NCBI GenBank assembly: GCA_964016885.1
Contig: OZ024745.1
Coordinates: 73,966,001-74,030,000, forward strand
Direction: 5' to 3'
Source: Eledone cirrhosa
Lineage: Eukaryota
Length of the DNA: 64,000 nt
The notes beneath the pieces were generated by a model that was given only the letters and a program-made list of their open reading frames with translations, was not told the DNA's origin and searched no databases. Positions 56,501 through 64,000 of the stretch are shown here, one piece after another (position 1 is the stretch's first letter; each line of letters opens with the position of its first letter). Position numbers and translations under genes: made by a program.

Positions 56501-56502
<2 letters not shown>
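55463..56502 (-). mobile_element. 5'-truncated Penelope-like (Neptune-type) retroelement with HHR-containing pLTR and inverted pLTR copy
   Basis: Minus strand gives PPPFSLNVKTNV, LALLDRRFPIGH, TVKLGYSCAKNM, CSCRKLEACPL..C.TPAVVY..SYVG..FK (Cys linker + GIY-YIG) and CGLCIEER..SRNEIFSRCPH. ~110-bp inverted repeats at 55463-55573 and 56391-56502. Confidence 0.92.
55493..55530 (-). ncRNA. Minimal type-I hammerhead (mirror copy 56435-56472 plus)
   Basis: CGAG-CTGAAGA-tccaccaaggt-GAAA-CAATTG-TT-CTCG; stem II is weak. Confidence 0.75.
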
Positions 56503-56588
<86 letters not shown>

Positions 56589-57042
56589 TGTGTGTGCTAT
56601 ATGCATATATATATATATATATTCACACACATATATATATATATATGTACATATTGTAACTAGGTAATAATGTTTTCTCGAAAGTTGAAAAGTATATTTA
56701 TAGTTAGAACAGTAATTTCCAATCGTCAAAATTTATTTTCATCTTGACTATGAGAAATCAATGAATTAACATTCATGAATGAATAGCTCTGTTTACATAA
56801 TAGGAGATAAAAATGGCAATTTGATGTTCATTCCTTCGAGGGTAATCGTATTTTCGATTATCAGTTCTTATAAGAAAAACTAAATTAGCCCATCGATTCA
56901 CCATTCTCCCAAAGGATTCAAAGGATCACTACAATCAGGAACAGTTATGTTTAATCACGGAGATATTTTTGTGTTGGGTGTGTGATTATTACTTTATCTA
57001 GGAAATACAGTATATAAATATTAAATATATATAAATCCTTAC

Positions 57043-57490
57043 CTCTAGGGACTGTGCGATCTTCAACGGTATCTGCAGCTGCTCTTTGTGTCGACGGATA
57101 AGCTATCTGGTCGACAGATTTGCCGAAAGCAGCTGACCACATATTAGGCACTACTCCTTCGTTGATGCTTCCATTTCCATGAACCAAAGTTTTCTTTCCT
57201 TTCTCTATAGATCGAATAATACTGTTCATTTTTTTGTCCAATTGACTGTAGATGGCGTGCAAATTGCGTATTTTGTTTTCGAAATTGGCTAATTCTGATT
57301 CAACTCGTGCCACAGAATCGTACGGCATACCATAGCTGGAGTTTTTTAGTGAAACGTCCCTCGAACGTGACAGTTTTCTAACCAAATCAAACAGCTCCTC
57401 TTGCTTCTTTTTAATTGTTCCTAATTCCCCTTGTAAACCTTTCACATTTTGCTTCATGTCTATAGATGAAACGCCAATCTGTTGTTGCTC
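57043..57490 (-). CDS. Penultimate coding exon of the FReD gene (coiled-coil/linker); earlier exons not found in the window
   Basis: Acceptor TCTTTTCTTAG|GAG, donor AGAG|GTAAGG. Length 448 nt = 149 codons + 1; splicing to 50326 yields the conserved PRDC start of the fibrinogen-C domain. Sequence is heptad-rich. Confidence 0.9.
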
Positions 57491-59173
57491 CTAAGAAAAG
57501 ATAAACAAAATATATGTTAATAGAAAATAGTCAAATATACATTATATGTATGTATGGACCTGTAACCTCCTGATGGAGTAGTAAGGATGCCATTCTGACA
57601 TACGACGTGTCTTAAGCATTTAAAACCTGGCGAATCCCATTCCCTTTCCTGCCGATTTTTTCCAGCGAAAGAGGGAGGATGTGAGAGTGAGGAATCAAAA
57701 AAAAAAACATAGAGAACAGTTCGACCCCATTATTGGACTCGTAATTTTTTGATCGACCACGAAAGAATTAAAGGCAAATCTGACCGCAGCAGGAGTTCAA
57801 CCCAGAGTGTGAATACCGCAAAGCATTCCATCCAACATGTCAATGGCTCTGCCAAGTTTTCACCTTCAAATGTGTATTACTATTCAAAACAAAATAGTGA
57901 AACATATTGTACCAGTCATCAATTGAGTATAAACATATTTGTATGGGTGGCCATGGTGATCTAAGGAGATATTTCTATGGTTCTGAATATAATAAACCAA
58001 AGCTTTGTCATCCACTGTTGGTTATACAAATACTATTTATAATCGTAACTTAGTTCTGTTTATCGAAGTCAGATTACGTTTCTCCACAGGTATTTTATAT
58101 TCAGATGAAACATATATTGTAGTATTAAGGCTTCACTCGTGGTGTATTAACATTCAGTTTCTCTAACCATGAAAACGTCTTTCATAACCTTGCTAAGGGG
58201 AATATTTTTAGCGTATGAAACCAAATCAACGACTCGATCCGTAAGTTCAATTCAACTGTCGTTTTGATGGAAAACTACAAACGAAATTGTATAGTTGATT
58301 TGGATCACGCTGGATCCAATTAATTGATGCAAATTGATAGAAAATGTATTGTCTAAATAACAAATGTGCCCCCTCCCAGGAGATCGTTGTTCAAAATAGA
58401 TGTTCAACAAATGCCTATGGAATAGAAACCAAGGTATTATGATCTCGCTTCTATAAGAATCAAAAGAGTGAGCCCAGGACCACTAAAATCAAATTAAAAG
58501 AAAATTTCAAAAACCGTTTTCCTTTCAGTTCAAGGTAACTTTCAGTACAGAAGTAGAATCAAAATATGATGTAAAATAAATTTAACATGATTATATATAT
58601 ATCAGTCGATTTTAGTATTTTCTCTGCTCGGTGAATAAATTGATTTTGACAGAGTGTAAACAGATGGTTCAGTTTAAAACTAAATCAAAAGCTTATATAA
58701 AATATGTAATGTAAAATTATTGACGAAAAACCTGAAATATATATTAAATGATATACTCATTGGTGTAATGTTGATCAACACAGGATGCAAAATGTAAGCT
58801 AATGGTTTCCTGGTTCTTAATTATATTTGAATATCTAATGTGCAGAACACATTACAAGTCTCAAACTGTCAATAATCTAGGCACTATTTACAACAAGAAT
58901 GAATTATACATGGCAGATATGTTCAGATGCAATTTTGAAGAATTTGAAGAAGATAGCGATAGAGAAATAAAATTCAACTTCCATTAATAATTTCAGAGTT
59001 GATTCTCACCTCAGATGAGAGATGATGTTATATGTAAGAACATATTTGACCAAAAATTCATGGCCCATTGCTTATTCATTTTTACTCTTTACAAATATAA
59101 ATACAAAAAAAGAATGCATTCATTCATTCACACAGTCTCGTACTACACAAACGCACGCATATATATATATATA

Positions 59174-59252
<79 letters not shown>

Positions 59253-59257
<5 letters not shown>

Positions 59258-59620
59258 TAAAAGGAATTCCAACTTTGTCTGATTTACTTGTTTTATTTAC
59301 AATCCTTTAAAATTATAATGATATTATAATGAAATAGTATGGTAGAATGTTAAATGTTAATTGAACAAGTACTTTTATGCTTTCGCAATCTTCAGGTTCA
59401 TCTTCAGTCAAGTTGGCAATTTTCAACTGTTGAAAATTGCCAACTTGACTGTGACCATTGAATATGAACCTGAAGATCGCAAAAGCATGAAAGTATTTCT
59501 TCAATTAACACTTAACATTTAATATTCTACCATACTATTTCATTATAATATCATTATAATTTTAAAGGATTGTAAATAAAACGAATAAATCAGACAAAGT
59601 TGGAATTCCTTTTATTAATA
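59253..59620. mobile_element. Palindrome (~180 bp arms) with HHR-like motif, between (TA)n tracts
   Basis: Centre GGCAATTTTCAAC-T-GTTGAAAATTGCC at 59428. Minus strand 59361-59412 reads TTGA-CTGAAGA-TGAAC-CTGAAGA-TTGC-GAAA-GCATAAAAGTAC-TT-GTTCAA. Confidence 0.8.
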
Positions 59621-59649
59621 TAATCTTCTATACACAATCATACACACCC

Positions 59650-59707
<58 letters not shown>

Positions 59708-59729
59708 ATATATACATACACACGTCTTA

Positions 59730-60826
59730 GTCTAATCCCTCCTATTCCCTGGGGCATATTGGGCAATGAGTCCTCTCCAATTTACATGATCAGCTGCGGC
59801 ATTATGTGTAGTTCCCTACTCCAGTCGATTCCTCTGGAGATCTTCTTTGATGGTTGAGCGCCAGGTATTCTTGGGTCTCTCTTTTTTTCTCTTACCACCG
59901 ACTAGGATCCATCTCATTGCCACAGAGGTGTTCCGGTACTCAGACATTCGCAGAATGTGTCCAGGCAGTTTCAGGCACCTTGTTTACTTCTCTTCAGCAC
60001 CTCCATTTGTATTCCGGTCACGATAAGTCATTTTCAGGATTTTTCTGAGATATCTTTGTTGGGAAACGTTGAGCTTCTTTAGAAGTTTGGCTGTCATTTT
60101 CCAGGTTTCACTAAAAGCCTCAGTTTTATGGGCGTGGAGATTATTTGCGATGGCCAAATGCTTTTTATGCGCTGAATTACTTCTGATGCCTTTCCGATTC
60201 TGCAGGTCAGTGAGGCCTTTATTGGAGACTATGCCGTCCAAATAGGTGAATTGGTTGATCTCTTCTATTGCTTGTGTTTCAATATGTACTATCTTAGAAA
60301 TTTTTTTACCAACATGAATCACTTTGGTATTTTCTTTGTTAGGTCCAATTTTTGTTGCAGATTCTTCTAACTGTGTTGTCATTGTTTGAACCTATCTGTC
60401 GAATGTTGTTCCCCAATAAAGCCCAATCATCGGCGAAATCCAATTTCTTAGACTCAGTCCATTGGATACCAAAGTTGTGAGTCAGAGCATGTATTTCCAT
60501 TGATTTCCTCATGACGAAGTCAATGGCCAGCGAGACAAAAATAGGGGACATAATGCAGCTCAGTCACACACCTGTGTGGATTTGGAAGGAACCTGTTCTG
60601 CAATTGCCACTTTGACGCAGCAGCTTGATTCCAGCTAAATATTTTTGAAGATATTAAGGAATCTTACTGGAATGCCATAGACTGCCAGAATTTTCCAAAG
60701 CGTCTCCATTTGAATGCTATCAAAAGACATTTTGAAGTCAATGAAATTTATCTTGAGTGGCTCATTAAATTCCAGACTCTGTTCCACAGCATTTCGTAGA
60801 ATAAATATTTGATCTGTGCAGTATCC
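59730..60826 (-). mobile_element. RTE-clade LINE 3' half (RT pseudogene)
   Basis: CTDQIFILRNAVEQSLEF...FIDFK.SFDSI..LW..L..YGIP; MSPIF...IDFVMR; LDFADD; QFTYL.G.V. Confidence 0.9.
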
Positions 60827-60891
60827 TATATATATATATATATAAATACACACACACACATACACCCACACACACGCACACACGCACACAC

Positions 60892-61011
<120 letters not shown>

Positions 61012-62739
61012 GTATATATATGTGTATATTGGAAAGTAAGGTTTATTGATACATCCCACACCGGTAAAAATATATATGTTCATTTAACATATTTACATAA
61101 ACATATAACCAAATATATATAATATCTAGACAATAATATAATCTGACAGCTGTATATATTTATATATAGCTGTCATTTTGTGTGACTTTGCCTGATGATA
61201 TTCATAGAATTTTACAAAGCTTAGTGAAACATTCAGGGGTATATAGGGCGAGACACTTTCTATAGTTTTATGTGGATGAAAAAGAAATGTCTCCCACATT
61301 TATTTTGCCTTCGCTACTATAGACTGGTAAAACAAAATCTGACATAAGTTAGACATTTTAAAATCCAATTTATAGAAATTCCACTGTTCCACGCAATAAT
61401 TGACCGTATCTTATGAAATGCGTACTGTTTATATATATACTCTATTGGCTAAGGCCTTTCGTAAATAAACGATACGATTTTTAAGATTAGTATTAAGAAA
61501 ATAGAGTAATACATAGTCACCAAGAATTCAATCCTCGAAATACTTCAGGTAACGTTTATTATCAGCAAACAATAATTTGCATTTACTCTATGTTGTATTA
61601 GCAATAAAGCAATAACTTAATTCAATAATCTTAATTCAATGTATACCACAACTCATCTGGAATGCATATCACAAATTACTTTATGGCGTTCGTTATCTGA
61701 GAATATGGAAGTTTCCGAATATTTTATTCGTCTCCTGCCACGAATAATGTTTCATTATTCCATTCAATGCTCGGTGAGTGAAACTAATTTAATTAGAATG
61801 TCTCCGGTAACATTATCGCTTAAAGTTTTGCTATTCATAAAAGATCGGAGAAGTTCGAAAATATTCGCTTCTGAAATAAGACAATATGGAACAGGTGATG
61901 TCATTTTTAAATAGATGAACCTTCAGATCGCTTAAAATTCAAGACATGAAATGCTATTGGAGCACATGATTCAGCCGCTGAGTTTGTATTTATAAAACTC
62001 TTCGATTTAACTTCGCTTTCTAAATTGTTTAATATTAACGTACTTACGGATTCCAAATAATAGGAGGGGTTGGAAAATCGATAACCTTTCTTGGTTGTCT
62101 CCCTTGATTAAAAAAACAACAGAATTACTCGTTTAGGTTACATACTGATACCCCAACCCATCCTATTTATTTTATAACGTAGATTTATAGTAATGAAGTG
62201 TCATGTGGAATGTTTTTTAATGTCTAAAGAAGATTAATTATCGCAGGAATGCTACCACTTAAAATAAATTTTCGCCGGAGATAGATTAGCAAAATTTAAT
62301 AAGTGGGTGGACTGGAATAAGCGTGGGAAGGTTGGAAAAAATCTGAAAAATTAATAAGTGCGGGGATAGGGGGAATATTCGAGACACATGAGTATAGATT
62401 TTCTTGTCAATATAAAATCGCTGCAAAAGAGACGAAGAATTTGTGTCAACTATGAAAAAACTTAGTGAATTTCGATGATACACCGAAGGATTCATTTAAA
62501 AAAGAAAATAATTTTCCTTTATTTTGATTGTATGCTCATGAATAATATTAATATAGAGTGATTTATCTTATTATTGACATCAACACATAACATGTTGCAT
62601 TATGAAACATTATATATAACGAATAAGCTCTCTTGCAGTACATTGAGCATTGTTTACCTTGATCTTTCATCTACGGATATCCTGTATATCCTGCATATAT
62701 ATATGCAGGATTTATATATATATATATAACACACACACA

Positions 62740-62767
<28 letters not shown>

Positions 62768-62776
<9 letters not shown>

Positions 62777-62822
62777 ATATATCTCTGTTTATCTCACTTT
62801 TATATTCAATTATATCTATCTA

Positions 62823-62896
<74 letters not shown>

Positions 62897-63152
62897 TAAT
62901 TGAATATAAAAGAGAGATAAACACAGATATATACATATATGTGTTCAAATCGTAAGGGACCAGATTCGCTAGGGTGAAACAATAGGGTTTGCCAGACTCA
63001 ATTTAAAAGAATAAATTTCTTTTCTTAATTTATTCTATTAAATTGAGCCTGGCTAACCCTCTTGTTCATAGTTAGTATTTTTTCCACCCTAGCAAATCTG
63101 GTCCCTTACGATTTGAACACATGTATGTATATATCTGTGTTTATCTCTCTTT
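62768..63152. repeat. Compound (double) foldback between TA tracts
   Basis: 62768-62815 is inverted against 62897-62942, and 62909-63017 is inverted against 63028-63152. Confidence 0.85.
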
Positions 63153-63209
63153 CCTTGAGCTATTTAATTGTAAGAGACTATTTTGAGTTTTTAACTCAAT
63201 ATATACCTT

Positions 63210-63284
<75 letters not shown>

Positions 63285-63924
63285 TGGAGGCTTAGTAAAA
63301 TCGAATCTTTGGCGGTGTGCAAGCAAATTCGACCTACGATATGAAAGAGTTAGCAAAGCACTCGACAAGGTAGGCCCTTAGAGTAATAACATACGTTTAA
63401 ATAGCTTGACAAATTGAACATTGTGGTAGGCAAAATCTAACACACAATACCAAAGTAACAAATGAACTAATATATATATGAGAGAGTTAAAATCCCGACC
63501 GCATTTATATAAATATATATATATATATATATGATGTCTGTATGTCCGTACGAGTTTATGTATATATATATATATATAGAATTGAATGTGAACCTGCTGA
63601 TGGATATTTTTTGAAAGTCATTAATACGAATGATTAAATAAATTTCACGCAATTGATCTTAATATATCAACGGTTCACGTGATAGCTAATTAGCATTACA
63701 TTCTGACGATATCTATTCAAGCGTTTTAACATTATCACAAACCAGATCACTAATGGTCGTTTGCAGTTCAATTTGATGCACATCGAAACTATCAAATCCT
63801 ATGTTAGACTCTCTTCTAAATCAAGAACCGTCTTCTAAAAATATAAATCGATAATTGCCAAAAGTTAATCATGAATTCTTTTCAACTTTATAAAAGAAAT
63901 GAAATCGATAAGAAAATATTCAAT

Positions 63925-64000
63925 GCTAAACTGATACTATAGGCATGTGGTTAGAATGTCTGAGGAAAGAATTGCTGGACATATTTTAGGGGCAAAACCA
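63925..64000 (+). mobile_element. RTE-like LINE C-terminal fragment (runs off window)
   Basis: KLILYRHVVRMSEERIAGHILGAKP resembles RTE RLxWxGHVxRMxxxR. Confidence 0.55.

Noticed and set aside
61690-61875. Possible further upstream FReD exon after a minus-strand TTATTTCAG acceptor
   Set aside because: All three frames hit stops before a plausible donor.

Overview
AT-rich, repeat-dense animal genomic DNA, most likely a cephalopod such as Octopus (inferred from the tRNA-derived Nin-domain SINEs, RTE LINE relics and microsatellite load). It is not prokaryotic, and most ORF-track entries are microsatellite artefacts. Two host genes are supportable, both on the minus strand: a 4-finger C2H2 zinc-finger exon (21269-21628) and the last two coding exons of a coiled-coil + fibrinogen-C (angiopoietin-like/FReD) gene (57043-57490, 49677-50326). 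The rest is SINEs, RTE fragments, hAT and Tc1/mariner MITEs, and a Helitron-like 3' end preceded by an internally inverted satellite. The most striking signal is a set of long inverted-repeat (foldback) cassettes from several unrelated families, sitting in (TA)n tracts. Most carry a minimal type-I hammerhead ribozyme (HHR) motif in each arm, reading outward from the centre. Two retain Penelope-like (Neptune-type) GIY-YIG endonuclease remnants, and one family has a compensatory U3-A8 catalytic core. Four cassettes are strung through an ~11.5 kb TA mega-array (37.9-49.3 kb). All calls were made by eye, so repeat boundaries are approximate.
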